DNA of 64,000 nucleotides from Escherichia coli (GTDB lineage Bacteria; Pseudomonadota; Gammaproteobacteria; Enterobacterales; Enterobacteriaceae): NCBI RefSeq assembly GCF_029227855.1, contig NZ_CP074356.1; one strand, 5' to 3'. Shown piece by piece: positions 36,301 to 45,558 of this stretch (position 1 is its first letter; each line of letters starts with the position of its first letter). The notes under the pieces were generated by a model. It saw only the letters and a program-made list of their open reading frames with translations, ran no database searches and was not told where the DNA came from. The position numbers and the translations under genes were made by a program.

Positions 36301-36714
36301 CCCATCGAGTAATTGCTGTTTACGATTGAAGTACCAGTCCAGGTAGATCTCGGTAAACAGAAGCGACAAGTACTGAAAATATTTCATATTCAGCACGGTG
36401 TCTTCTTTGCGATTACGGTGCTCAGTTATCTGCTGCCAGTGCTGTACGATATTGAGATCGTAACGACGCAGTTCATCGAGATCGATAAGATCGACCTCGA
36501 ATAAATAGTTACTCAGCTCATGGAAGAACAAGCTTTGGCCATCTTCATGGATGCCTTCAAAGCGATCTTCACCTAACCGATTTTTTAAACCTTGCAATGT
36601 GCCATCTTTAAAAAAATGGAACATAAAGCGGTTCAAAACCAGTTGCTTATGAAAGCTCAGTTTGCTGTTTGTCTCTTTTTTAACAGCTTTACCGGTGGTC
36701 GGTTTTTTAGCCAT
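33334..36714 (-). CDS. SF2 helicase/ATPase with C-terminal PD-(D/E)xK-like nuclease motif (Type III Res-like)
   Basis: 1126 aa; Walker A NATGSGKTLL, DExH box VLIDEGHKG, motif VI QLFGRGVRLKG, C-terminal NFYPDF...LIDPKG; start is 2 nt after the methyltransferase stop. Confidence 0.7.
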   Translation of the reverse strand: MAKKPTTGKAVKKETNSKLSFHKQLVLNRFMFHFFKDGTLQGLKNRLGEDRFEGIHEDGQSLFFHELSNYLFEVDLIDLDELRRYDLNIVQHWQQITEHRNRKEDTVLNMKYFQYLSLLFTEIYLDWYFNRKQQLLDGLNNELAAYNAENDKTAKDRANQFKSYILDDLNKLAYWNATGSGKTLLLHVNILQYLHYFQNGNTHHYPDKIILLTPDERLSKQHLDELENSGFTQYQLFDKSKSAPFKGTIEVIDINKLADEMGDKTVAVEAFEGNNLVLIDEGHKGTGSAAGAWMRRRDKLTRDGFAFEYSATFGQAVAGGNNVEAVETEIQKKKAKLLFETTALGKLNEEELAQIALTSEEKRDARIQATREVYGKSILFDYSYKFFYEDGYGKESLILNLNPEEDKKDERRYEYFTACLLSFYQQQYLFNKNKEKLSEFNIEKPLWVFVGNTVSGEDSDIHAVLRFLAWFLNHETQAKAWINDLIKNKARILDTKERNIFENRFTALMNAPEDIYADILSRLFNTTHSGQRLRVLNLIGSKGELALQVGEAEPFGLINIGDAPSLYKMCEEDTTFDYQRDDFAKSLFHTLNDKDSRLHILIGSRKFTEGWSSWRVSTMGLLNMGRGEGSQIIQLFGRGVRLKGRNYSLKRSTPGERPKGLHLEKLETLNVFGVRADYMATFKQYLEDEGITPSDEILELNFETRPNMPATRLKTLKLKDGYKDNQRLGFKRVYFPELYEVPADFQGKIKQPHIKLDLYPKLESIDTSRKGDNTPVNVRNEAKLDYKIISAFDFDRLYLAIQNYKLQRGWSNLRVDKQRLIDFCTGKTKIGNSWYTLLIPASELEIKQYADIAKQEDIMLRLLTDYTDRFYNTLKNAYEGQFYEVTQVKEDDPGMIKMYHFEIEETDDGLAYASRLEQLQQLVIDGEIGKAKSWSASGMVAITFDKHLYYPLLSIEKNANIPLKMRPAALGAPSEITFVQDLQSFVDSTKGQKIIGDKSLYLLRNADSKNKGLGFATAGNFYPDFLLWLVDDKSGKQWLSLIDPKGIRNLNLDDPKFGLYKEIKNLEHKLSDDNLSLSAFIVSETCYVDLVNVPDSKENLEARNVLFIEDTGPVYLEKLFSKMVSE

Positions 36715-36716
36715 TC

Positions 36717-38399
36717 TTAAACCTCCTCCGCAAACATCAGGTTCAAGAATTCAGGTTCGATCTGGCGGATTTTCAGGCTACGAACAATCTCGCCGTCTTC
36801 TTCATCAACAGTAAAGGCGGTAGGTAAGTTATGATCGCCATTGATATAGATAACGTCGAACGTGTTTTCTTTTGCATATAAATCGAATCGGTTGGCATAT
36901 TTATTCAATTCTTCATAACCGATCTTGTCGCAATCGCGCCACAGAATAAGGGTACGCTCGCCTGTTGGTAGCATTCCTTCAACACGCACATAGCCACGTT
37001 CGATATTGGATTCGATGGATTTCACATGTAAACCAATGAGATAGTTGAAAGTTTCAACTAAATCGATGTTTTTACGCTCAGTGGCACCGGCGGAATCCGT
37101 CGCAATATCCATTTCGTAGTTAAATGGTTTTTTGAAATTATCAGTACTGAGTAGTGAACCTTTGCTTTCTGTTTCAAGCATATATTTTATTAAATACTCA
37201 TTTGCTACTGATTCATTCACTGTATCAAAAAGATCTTTTATTTCTTTTTGTTGTTCAAATCGAAGGCTATTTAATACATCTTCGTAACTTTCTATTTTCA
37301 TAACTTTAAGTATATGAGATGAGCCTGTCGTTGAATCCATAGCTTTACCATCTTTCCAATTGCTACTGAATATAACTTTTCTCAACCTGCTTAAAGTTAC
37401 ATTTTGTGCATACTCCCCCTGTTCAACAAGTATATATTTCCTTGAACCCGCATCCTTACGATTCAACTCTATGACTGAGTGGCCACTTGTTCCTGAACCA
37501 GCAAAAAAATCTAATATTATCTCATTTTTATTATGAGATGCACTCCCAATTAAATAATTATATAAAGAAGTTGAGTGACAATAAGGAAAATCAATTCCAA
37601 GATGAGTTGTTTGAGTTTTTCCTTTTTTAGCATCCTGAATTATTGATGTTATTTGCTTTTTAGCGTCAGCATATAAATATGCTTTCTGTCTAGGTTGCGT
37701 TGTTTCATCAACACCAAATAGTATATCCCCCTTATCCATCATATCTTTTAATGTTTCTGGGGTACGAGAAAAACCATTTGGTGGCATAGCGCATGGTTTC
37801 CCGGTAACTGGATGAATTAATGGTATATAGAATTTCTTGTCAGTCCTTGGCTCTGGGGCACGGAGGCTGACACTCTGGTACACTCGACCTTTCTCATCGA
37901 TATATTTGTAAGCTTGTTCACCTCCAGTAAGTTTTTTATTCTTTGTTACCCAATCATAAAATTTTTTCTTTGCTTCACTGTTAATTACAGGATATTTATT
38001 CTTAATTAATTTTGCATATTCGAGTATTTCTAATACATTCTCATTTTTCTTATTAATAGAAATCATGTTCTTTGTAAAACAAGTAGTATATTCATGTTGA
38101 ATCGCAATGCCACTACCACCATTCATGGGATTGCGTTTATCCCAAATAATTGTCCCTGCATCGATAAGACCTAACTGTTTATTAATTAAATAAAGTCGCT
38201 CATATTCATTTTCATCAATATGACAAAAAAATACACCATTTTCACTGAGTAAATTTTTAACAAAAAGCAAACGGCTATCCATCATACTCAGCCAACTTGA
38301 ATGCTTAAAGCTATTTTTATATAAAAAACCACTAGTATCTGTGTTATATGGTGGATCTATATGGACACAATCAATTACGGAATTATATTTTTTCTTCAA
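36717..38399 (-). CDS. Beta-class N6-adenine/N4-cytosine-type DNA methyltransferase catalytic portion; frame is open upstream to 38513
   Basis: Motif order GDNYQALNLL - DPPY (motif IV) - FFAGSGTSG (motif I); the track start is a TTG, and the open frame upstream overlaps the 3' end of the preceding ORF. Confidence 0.7.
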   Translation of the reverse strand: MKKKYNSVIDCVHIDPPYNTDTSGFLYKNSFKHSSWLSMMDSRLLFVKNLLSENGVFFCHIDENEYERLYLINKQLGLIDAGTIIWDKRNPMNGGSGIAIQHEYTTCFTKNMISINKKNENVLEILEYAKLIKNKYPVINSEAKKKFYDWVTKNKKLTGGEQAYKYIDEKGRVYQSVSLRAPEPRTDKKFYIPLIHPVTGKPCAMPPNGFSRTPETLKDMMDKGDILFGVDETTQPRQKAYLYADAKKQITSIIQDAKKGKTQTTHLGIDFPYCHSTSLYNYLIGSASHNKNEIILDFFAGSGTSGHSVIELNRKDAGSRKYILVEQGEYAQNVTLSRLRKVIFSSNWKDGKAMDSTTGSSHILKVMKIESYEDVLNSLRFEQQKEIKDLFDTVNESVANEYLIKYMLETESKGSLLSTDNFKKPFNYEMDIATDSAGATERKNIDLVETFNYLIGLHVKSIESNIERGYVRVEGMLPTGERTLILWRDCDKIGYEELNKYANRFDLYAKENTFDVIYINGDHNLPTAFTVDEEDGEIVRSLKIRQIEPEFLNLMFAEEV

Positions 38400-38473
38400 A
38401 AGATTTAACGCTTGATAATTATCACCATTAATAAAAACGCCATCAACATTATCGTCAATATCATTGATACTAT

Positions 38474-39853
38474 TTAATATTTTTTCCTTAGATCTCCGTT
38501 TAAATGAGATAAATTAACTGTTGCAAACTTGAGCAACTCCACATCAGAGGTAGATGGCTTCTCATCTAAGATGCCTAATTCAATCCATTCTTGGACTATT
38601 TTTTCATTATTAATTATTTCACTGTAAAACTCTGAACTTATTTTGTCCATAGTAATATAGTAATTACTTGAAACAACAAACTTCTTCTTAGTCCAAAGTT
38701 TCTTCTGGAAATTCTCAATTTGTGCCAAAAATGCAATGAGTTCCAGCGCAACAGTACGCAAACATTGAATCATGCGCAATTGTTTCTCAATATTGGCAAA
38801 CACTTCTGCATTTTGCACATTATCGAGATTCATTACTTCATTTTTAATATAAAAATCCAGTTCGTTAGTTAAAAAACCACCGAGATCTTTATGAATAAAG
38901 TAGTCTGCTGTATTACGCTGGGTATAAGTTGTAAGATGACGCTCCAACTCTGTACGTGACGGATTTTTTTCTGTTGGCGCACGTTTAGCAAGATCAACCC
39001 AATGCTGTTGAACTGTTTTATCAGCCAGAATTGTTGAAATAGCGGACTGCACTAAAGCATCCTGCTTAGTGCCCTTTTTCATGGCCTTATATTCGAAGTG
39101 AATAACTAACTCTTCTGTTTCAACGAGTTTACCGTCAACCACAGATGAAGTTTTCACCACTTCTACTGGCTTATATTCTTGTTCGTACTCATCGCCTTCT
39201 TCATCAATTTTGGTACGAACATGCGGCTCAATAAGTACAAAGCAGCGATCTAATTCATTATCTTTACGGTTATCTTTTGCTGTGTCCGCTGCGAGCAATT
39301 TAAAGCTAACTTTACGACCCTCATCTAATTTAAATGAATAATTAGCAAAGTTTTCACCGCTTTTAATGTAGTACTGGTCCTTATTTGCCCAGTGCAACAT
39401 CACTTCTTCGCCAGAATAAGGGATGGCGTAGGTATTACCTTTATAACGGCGTTTGCTGATAAAATCGCCGTTGTCATAATAACGCGAAAAGAAAGTCAGC
39501 AGATGGGAAAATACTGCATTTTCATGCTCATTTGCTCCGGATGCCATAGCCGCCAGTTGCTTTTTAAGCTCCTGTACTTTCGGGCTATCAGCAGGGTCCA
39601 CACCCGCATCAGTTGCCGCTTTTATTGTCAGTTGCAACTGATGTTCTAATTCTGATTTATTGGCATTTCCTGCATCCGCCAGCGCAGACTGGATTTTGGC
39701 CTTCAGCTTATTATCCAGATAGTCGTTAATTTCATCAGCACGTGCATTTAAAATACGATAAATACCGAAATCCAGTTCTGGTCGATCAATCTGAAAAATT
39801 TCTTTTAGCTTCTTAACTAATTCGTTGTACTTACTCATTATTTTCTCTTTCAA
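38474..39853 (-). CDS. N-terminal ~455-aa domain of unknown function, probably the 5' part of the methyltransferase gene separated by a frameshift
   Basis: ORF ends in an A6 run at 38480-38485 (coding strand) and overlaps the methyltransferase frame; first ATG at 39838 (MSKYNELV); start lies within ~20 nt of the SNF2 stop. Confidence 0.6.
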   Translation of the reverse strand: MKEKIMSKYNELVKKLKEIFQIDRPELDFGIYRILNARADEINDYLDNKLKAKIQSALADAGNANKSELEHQLQLTIKAATDAGVDPADSPKVQELKKQLAAMASGANEHENAVFSHLLTFFSRYYDNGDFISKRRYKGNTYAIPYSGEEVMLHWANKDQYYIKSGENFANYSFKLDEGRKVSFKLLAADTAKDNRKDNELDRCFVLIEPHVRTKIDEEGDEYEQEYKPVEVVKTSSVVDGKLVETEELVIHFEYKAMKKGTKQDALVQSAISTILADKTVQQHWVDLAKRAPTEKNPSRTELERHLTTYTQRNTADYFIHKDLGGFLTNELDFYIKNEVMNLDNVQNAEVFANIEKQLRMIQCLRTVALELIAFLAQIENFQKKLWTKKKFVVSSNYYITMDKISSEFYSEIINNEKIVQEWIELGILDEKPSTSDVELLKFATVNLSHLNGDLRKKY

Positions 39854-39858
39854 ATCAA

Positions 39859-42750
39859 TTAAATAACTTTCCAGCGGATGGAAAAAAGCTCGGTGATATC
39901 CGTTTTTTGCTTCATCCGCTCTTCAAGGGCACTGATGAGTTCATCCCGCTTGTCAGCGATCTCATCTTCAATGTCAAAAATTTCCATACGTTGGCGTTTC
40001 TGCTGCCGTTCCAGTAGCTTCAGCTTTTCCTGGTTTTGCTTTTGTTCTTCCATCGATTGCGCCAGTCTGGCTTCTCGCTTTAACGACTTGATTTGCATTT
40101 TGGTATCGCGTAATGCTTCTTCCGCCGCAAAGATCATATCTTCAGCCCATTTTTCCAGCTTATCTCTTTCAGCTTCAAAAAGGACATTGTTCTGCTCCAG
40201 AACTTCCGCAAGTCTGGCGTCAATTTGCCTGTTCTTGAGTAAGATCAAGTCATCAGGTAATGCATCTGAACTTGCCGAATTATCCAGCTTTTCGTTGGTT
40301 ATTGCAGACAAGTTGAACAGACGTTTACAAGCTTCACCATCTACCACACGTCCGTTGTCAGTTTTTGCGGTAAAGACTAAAAATTGCTGCCTGTTAAACG
40401 CATCAACAGTAAGCAAATTTAGTGTTAACCACCCTGATTGCCCTTTCAGCTGCTCAGCCACCGAGACTTTCGTTGTGTGGTTACTGTAATCGAAGATGAC
40501 TTCAGCTGTTTTCGTCTCCTGGACCTTAGCCCCCTCAATGACGTACTCACCCAGCGGATGATTGATCCGATATGCAAAACTGTGGTGATCCTGCATTTGT
40601 AACGCACTATTTTGCCTACCATCTTTGCGCAACAGCTGGTACTGCCCGACAGGCAGTTCATTTACTGATTCACGTAAAGTGAAACGATGATGCTCATGAT
40701 CAAAATCAGCATATTGTTTGAGCTGCTGACAGGTCACGGCCCAAAACCAACGACCGACTTTATCCAGACGCTCCCGAGCTTCATCAAGCCTTATTTTAAG
40801 GATATCGTGAATATCTTCATCAAAATGCTCAAGCAACTGTTCTTGCGTCTTCTGCATCTTGAGATTGATTTCATCTTCCAGCTCTTTCTGCAACCTTTCA
40901 AAAGCCAGCTCTATCTCCTCGGGGGTACGGCATGACTCATAAATTGACTGGATCCTTTTTTCAAAATCCACACCATTTTCTATGCTGCCAAGCACACTAT
41001 CCGATGCGCCAAACACGCCATCAAACAGGCTGAACTTTTCAGTTAAGAGTTCAAGAACGCGTTGATCGGCCTGGTTTCGCTGATTGAGGAAGTTAATAAC
41101 AACCACATCAAATTTTTGCCCGTATCGGTGACAACGTCCAATACGCTGTTCAATGCGTTGTGGGTTCCAGGGTAAATCGTAATTGATCAGTAGCGAACAA
41201 AATTGCAGGTTCACCCCTTCAGCTGCAGCTTCTGTAGCTATCATGATTTCAGCATGATCTTTGAAGTGGTCGATCAAAGCCGAGCGTTTATCAATTTGCG
41301 CCGACCCGGTAATACGAGAAGATCCCTGATATTCCTCGCGCCATTGCTGGTAGATCTTGTTTGCCTGCGGTGTATTGTTTGTGCCACTAAAGGTTACTAC
41401 TTTCCCCTGGTAGCCATTGTTTTCCAGAAAATGTGCAAGATACTGTTGAGTTCGCATTGACTCCGTGAAGATGATGACTTTTTTTGCAGCCCCCATTTCG
41501 GCAAGCTGTGCAAAACCTTGCTCCAGGCCAGAAAGCAACTCTTTTGATTTGGTATCAGTGCCAATCTGTTCTGCTTTGACAATGAGTGATTCCAGCTCAT
41601 TGATTTCTGCCTGAAGCGCGTCTGAATCGACAACTTTGCACTCGGTATCTAAAGCCACTGATTCGGCATCTTCCACGATGTCATCTTCAAGATCGTCATC
41701 CATTATGATCTGTTGGATGATGTTCATATCATCTTCAACGATACCTTCCAGCTTTAACCTTTCTAAACGACTCTTAAGGATCTGCAAGTTATTCAATACA
41801 GCTTTCGTACTTGAGGAAAGTAGCTTTCTGAGAATAAGCCCCGTCAGATGCCGGTGTCGTTTTGGTAAGGCATAGCTATCCTCACGTTCAAGCAATTTTT
41901 GTACGCGTTCATAAAGATCCTGCTCCTGTTCGCTCGGATAGAAAGGAATAGTGATCGCTTTACGTTCTGTATACTTGATGTACTCCAGCACATTCTTGCG
42001 TAAAGTTCGTTTGATAAAACGCGACAATCGCCCCTTCAACTCCGCAATATCGCTATCTGCCTGCATATATTGCTTTCTGAACGCTTTAACTTCGCCGAAG
42101 GTATGTTCATCTATAAGCGTCGACATGCCATACAGTTCCATTAACGAATTCTGTAAAGGCGTTGCGGTCAGTAGTAATTTTTTCCGCCCATCAAGCGCAC
42201 GCTTTAACGCTTGCCCCATTTTGTTACTTTCTCGATGAGCATTACGCAGTTTATGGGCTTCGTCGATAACAACCAGATCCCACATTTCAGCCACCAATTT
42301 TTCTTCTAACCGAGCAGCATAGTGGTATGACATGATAGTGATCGATTTATTATTTAAGGGATTATGGATCCCTTCTTTTTGAAGCTGGCTATACGTTTTC
42401 GCGTCCAACACCTGAGAAGGTAGATTGAACTTTTCCTGTAACTCGCTCGCCCATTGGCGACGCAGTGAAGCAGGACAAATGATCAACAGTTTACGTTTTC
42501 TTTCAGCCCACAACTGGCAAAGCACTAACCCCGCTTCAATGGTTTTACCTAAACCAACTTCATCGGCAAGCACAACACCTTTGCTTAGCGGATTTTCAAT
42601 AGCAAAAAGAGCCGCCTCAATTTGATGAGGATTTAGATCTACGCTTGCATCAAACAGCGATTGAGACAGACGGTCCACCCCATTGTTTGAATGGAGAATG
42701 GAAAGTTCATGCGCAAAATATTTCGCATGATAAGGTGTTGTACCAATCAT
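39859..42750 (-). CDS. SNF2-family (SWI2/SNF2) helicase/ATPase
   Basis: 963 aa; motifs LADEVGLGKTIEAG, VVIDEAHKLRN, LLLTATPLQNSLMELY, PWNPQRIEQRIGRCHRYGQ; coiled-coil-like C-terminus. Confidence 0.8.
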   Translation of the reverse strand: MIGTTPYHAKYFAHELSILHSNNGVDRLSQSLFDASVDLNPHQIEAALFAIENPLSKGVVLADEVGLGKTIEAGLVLCQLWAERKRKLLIICPASLRRQWASELQEKFNLPSQVLDAKTYSQLQKEGIHNPLNNKSITIMSYHYAARLEEKLVAEMWDLVVIDEAHKLRNAHRESNKMGQALKRALDGRKKLLLTATPLQNSLMELYGMSTLIDEHTFGEVKAFRKQYMQADSDIAELKGRLSRFIKRTLRKNVLEYIKYTERKAITIPFYPSEQEQDLYERVQKLLEREDSYALPKRHRHLTGLILRKLLSSSTKAVLNNLQILKSRLERLKLEGIVEDDMNIIQQIIMDDDLEDDIVEDAESVALDTECKVVDSDALQAEINELESLIVKAEQIGTDTKSKELLSGLEQGFAQLAEMGAAKKVIIFTESMRTQQYLAHFLENNGYQGKVVTFSGTNNTPQANKIYQQWREEYQGSSRITGSAQIDKRSALIDHFKDHAEIMIATEAAAEGVNLQFCSLLINYDLPWNPQRIEQRIGRCHRYGQKFDVVVINFLNQRNQADQRVLELLTEKFSLFDGVFGASDSVLGSIENGVDFEKRIQSIYESCRTPEEIELAFERLQKELEDEINLKMQKTQEQLLEHFDEDIHDILKIRLDEARERLDKVGRWFWAVTCQQLKQYADFDHEHHRFTLRESVNELPVGQYQLLRKDGRQNSALQMQDHHSFAYRINHPLGEYVIEGAKVQETKTAEVIFDYSNHTTKVSVAEQLKGQSGWLTLNLLTVDAFNRQQFLVFTAKTDNGRVVDGEACKRLFNLSAITNEKLDNSASSDALPDDLILLKNRQIDARLAEVLEQNNVLFEAERDKLEKWAEDMIFAAEEALRDTKMQIKSLKREARLAQSMEEQKQNQEKLKLLERQQKRQRMEIFDIEDEIADKRDELISALEERMKQKTDITELFSIRWKVI

Positions 42751-43139
42751 CTTTTCTCTCTCTTCGCTGTACTTTTGACGATAACCTGCTGAATTGAATC
42801 AAGATAGTAAAAGGATACGCCAATAGTGGTTGATCCTTGAAGTAAGGACATCTCCGGTTGCGGGCCTTTGACACATAAAATCAGCAATTTTACGCATCGT
42901 TTCATGGCTAAACAATGGCACATTAAGAATGCCACTCGCTAAATGCAATCTATTTCCTGAGCCATTAGACCAAGGCAATGAAGTTTTATATCTACTTAAT
43001 TTTCAGGATGATGAATGAACATCATTGATGGGAATGGGGCTTCCGAAGTTCTTAGATTATCAGCGTTACATACAAACAAAGTAGTGAAAACACAGGCACA
43101 AAAAAAGCCGCCCTTGAGCGACTCGATTTGCATACGATG

Positions 43140-43162
43140 TGGTGCGAAGGCCGGACTCAAAC
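43140..43162 (-). repeat. tRNA-Leu (leuX) 3'-end remnant; probable att-type repeat at an island boundary
   Basis: tggtgcgaaggccggactcaaac is the near-exact reverse complement of the leuX 3' end as recalled (GGTTCGAGTCCGGCCTTCGGCACCA); no complete tRNA is present. Confidence 0.45.
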
Positions 43163-43853
43163 ATGCGATTTAACCTCATGATTTAAAATTGTTAATAATA
43201 AACAACACCATCCTATACCAACACAGATACCAACACGAAAAATCACTGGTTTTCGGCATCGAACCAGGACAATCAGGTCCTGATTGAGATACCGAGCTCT
43301 GTTACTCGTCATCTTCCTCGACAGGCTCCATTGCATCAAGTGGTACTCGCACCATCGCGATAGAACCAATCCGGATAAAAGCATCTTCCCCATCTATATC
43401 GGTTAACTGATATCGCTTACTTGATGCCGGATAATTGTGTCGATTGGCAACAGTGTACTCTTTCGTACAGCCAGAATGTGGCAGACTGAGGTGGAATAGA
43501 TAACGTCCGTATGCCCGCTGACCACCTCCGGGCGGGAGAGTGTGGTATCTGACATCATCATTTTTCCTTTCTGTTTATAAATGAAAACGCCAGCCGTGTT
43601 CAGGCTGACGTCAGGGAAGTGAAATCGGGTGAGTGATCTTCACTGGTTCTGGTGCAAAAGTTACTGTTGGCGCAGGGTACGGATACCCTCCCTGGCCTGT
43701 TCGATACAGCGCAACAGTGCTGCCGAACCTGTTTTATCCTCATCGTTGTCGAAGATAATTCCCGATTCGCAGTCGATATTGTCCTGCAGCCACGTAATCA
43801 GAATATCCAGCGCTGTTTCCGTGGTTAATGATTTCATGTTGTGAATTTCCGGA

Positions 43854-44345
43854 TTACCAGTCGAAAGTGGGTAAACCCGGCAGATATCCGGCACTGGCAT
43901 CCAGATGAATGAGACTGACACCATAACGCCGGATGAGTGTGACGACCAGACGACGGAACGTTTTTGACAGCCCCAGGCGCTTAAGCCGCAGAACCGGGTA
44001 TGACCACGCATCGGTACGTAACAGATAACCGGTACCGGTAAAATGAATCCATTCTGATTCACCGAAGTCACTGGTCTGGTGTGACAGCGAGTACAGCCAG
44101 GCGTTGTCCGTTTCCGTGATATGTGCGGTACTGCAGCGTATGCCGGTAAGGGCAACAAATGGTGGCGTGCAGTCTGCTGAGGTCCGGTCAGATTCATCAA
44201 CAACACGAAGGGAGTAGCCGTTATCGCAGACCATGTTAATCAGTTCAGCGAGATTAACACCATCAATGTCAACGACAATTCGCCCCATATTCAGTGCCTG
44301 TACGTTAACACTGTCGGCTTCCAGTGTCAGGGCCAGTTTCATCAT
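43854..44345 (-). CDS. YeeW-like hypothetical protein
   Basis: 163-aa ORF whose start overlaps the stop of the upstream cbtA-like gene (ATGA). Confidence 0.45.
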   Translation of the reverse strand: MMKLALTLEADSVNVQALNMGRIVVDIDGVNLAELINMVCDNGYSLRVVDESDRTSADCTPPFVALTGIRCSTAHITETDNAWLYSLSHQTSDFGESEWIHFTGTGYLLRTDAWSYPVLRLKRLGLSKTFRRLVVTLIRRYGVSLIHLDASAGYLPGLPTFDW

Positions 44346-44716
44346 TTCGCCTCCGGATACTTACCCAGGGTGATATTGTTCACCGTTCTGTAGTTGTGGC
44401 GGGTCATCAGGCCTGTTGCCCGGCGAGCCCGGAGAATATCAATGCTGTTGATTAACTGCGACGAGGCTCCTGCGCTGAATCCCGGCTGGTCAGTTCGTAC
44501 CAGTGCGTATTTTTCCACGAGAAAGTTCACTGCATCACACAGTGAAATGCCTGCCTCAATATGCTGCTCAATCACGCGTTCATCCACGAACGGTGTGTCA
44601 TTCAGCGTAAGGCTGTAATGCTGGTCCAGTAACCGGGTGAGCAGTGTCTGCCAGATGGTGACGGGAGACGGGCAGCACGATACCTCCCGTACATGCGTGT
44701 CGGGTAATGTTTTCAT
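44342..44716 (-). CDS. cbtA: CbtA/YeeV-family toxin (type IV TA)
   Basis: 124 aa [46 protein letters not shown]... Confidence 0.8.
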   Translation of the reverse strand: MKTLPDTHVREVSCCPSPVTIWQTLLTRLLDQHYSLTLNDTPFVDERVIEQHIEAGISLCDAVNFLVEKYALVRTDQPGFSAGASSQLINSIDILRARRATGLMTRHNYRTVNNITLGKYPEAK

Positions 44717-44805
44717 ACTGAAGATTTTCCTGATATGCAGAGATAAAAAATGGGACAGTGGCGTGGTGAAAACACCAGGCCGGAGCAGAAGGTTATTCTG
44801 GTGGT

Positions 44806-45174
44806 TTACTTTTTCGTTTCAGGTGTCGGATAAACAGCCAGATAAACGTAACCACAGGAGCCGAGGGTGTCGGCTTCACAGGTCAGCCCCTTCGCATACA
44901 GTGTCACGGTATGCTGATGGCGGGGATTCAGTTCACCACTGGTGAGCATTAATTTCAGTTGTTTCATCAGCAGCGGAAAGGCCTGGTCCAGAGGGTACGC
45001 ATCCGCATCTCTGAACCGGCCTCTGATACCGGCACGGTCGGCAAGGTAATGCAACCGGTTACCCTCCTGCACCAGACGGGCGCCGAAACAGGGCGTCACT
45101 GTGCAGGGTAGTCCCCACCAGGGATGGTCGTCATTGTCATCGGGATGCGTTGTCCCGGAAAGTGTGTCTGACAC
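44806..45174 (-). CDS. cbeA: CbeA/YeeU-family antitoxin
   Basis: ~122 aa from a GTG start (V)[48 protein letters not shown]. Confidence 0.8.
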   Translation of the reverse strand: MSDTLSGTTHPDDNDDHPWWGLPCTVTPCFGARLVQEGNRLHYLADRAGIRGRFRDADAYPLDQAFPLLMKQLKLMLTSGELNPRHQHTVTLYAKGLTCEADTLGSCGYVYLAVYPTPETKK

Positions 45175-45336
45175 GATAAAATCCTCACAGAAAATCGGTG
45201 AATGATAGTTTAACGATGACGGGTCAGCCGGTGCACAGACCGGCTTCGGTGAAGGTGTATTCGTTGATGAGCAGGGCCTCATCCACAGCGGCATCTGAGC
45301 TCAGCCAGTCGTACTCGTTTTCCGGGTGACGGAACA

Positions 45337-45558
45337 TCAGTTCAGGGTGACGCTCATCAGCCGGACATACGGACCAAAACTGTCCTTACGGCGTTCTGCA
45401 AACACGGCCAGCACACCGGGAATATCCTGCACTTCACGACCGGTATACGCTTCAGCACTGCCGTGCCAGCGGTATTTGCCGGTACAGAACGGAAAAAGAC
45501 GGGATGCCGGATGCTGACGGTGAATACGCATGGCTTCGCCACGGGTGATGATTTTCAT
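45337..45558 (-). CDS. YeeT-like protein (DUF987)
   Basis: 73 aa MKIITRGEAMRIHRQHPASRLFPFCTGKYRWHG... Confidence 0.7.
   Translation of the reverse strand: MKIITRGEAMRIHRQHPASRLFPFCTGKYRWHGSAEAYTGREVQDIPGVLAVFAERRKDSFGPYVRLMSVTLN

Noticed and set aside
39878-40489. 203-aa Ser-rich plus-strand ORF inside the SNF2 helicase gene
   Set aside because: Antisense to a gene with clear helicase motifs; the low-complexity Ser/Leu-rich translation comes from the complementary strand of an AT-rich coding region.
43140-43162. Possibility of a complete tRNA gene at the island boundary
   Set aside because: Only about 23 nt matching the leuX 3' end is present; upstream sequence does not continue into the T-arm, anticodon or D-arm.
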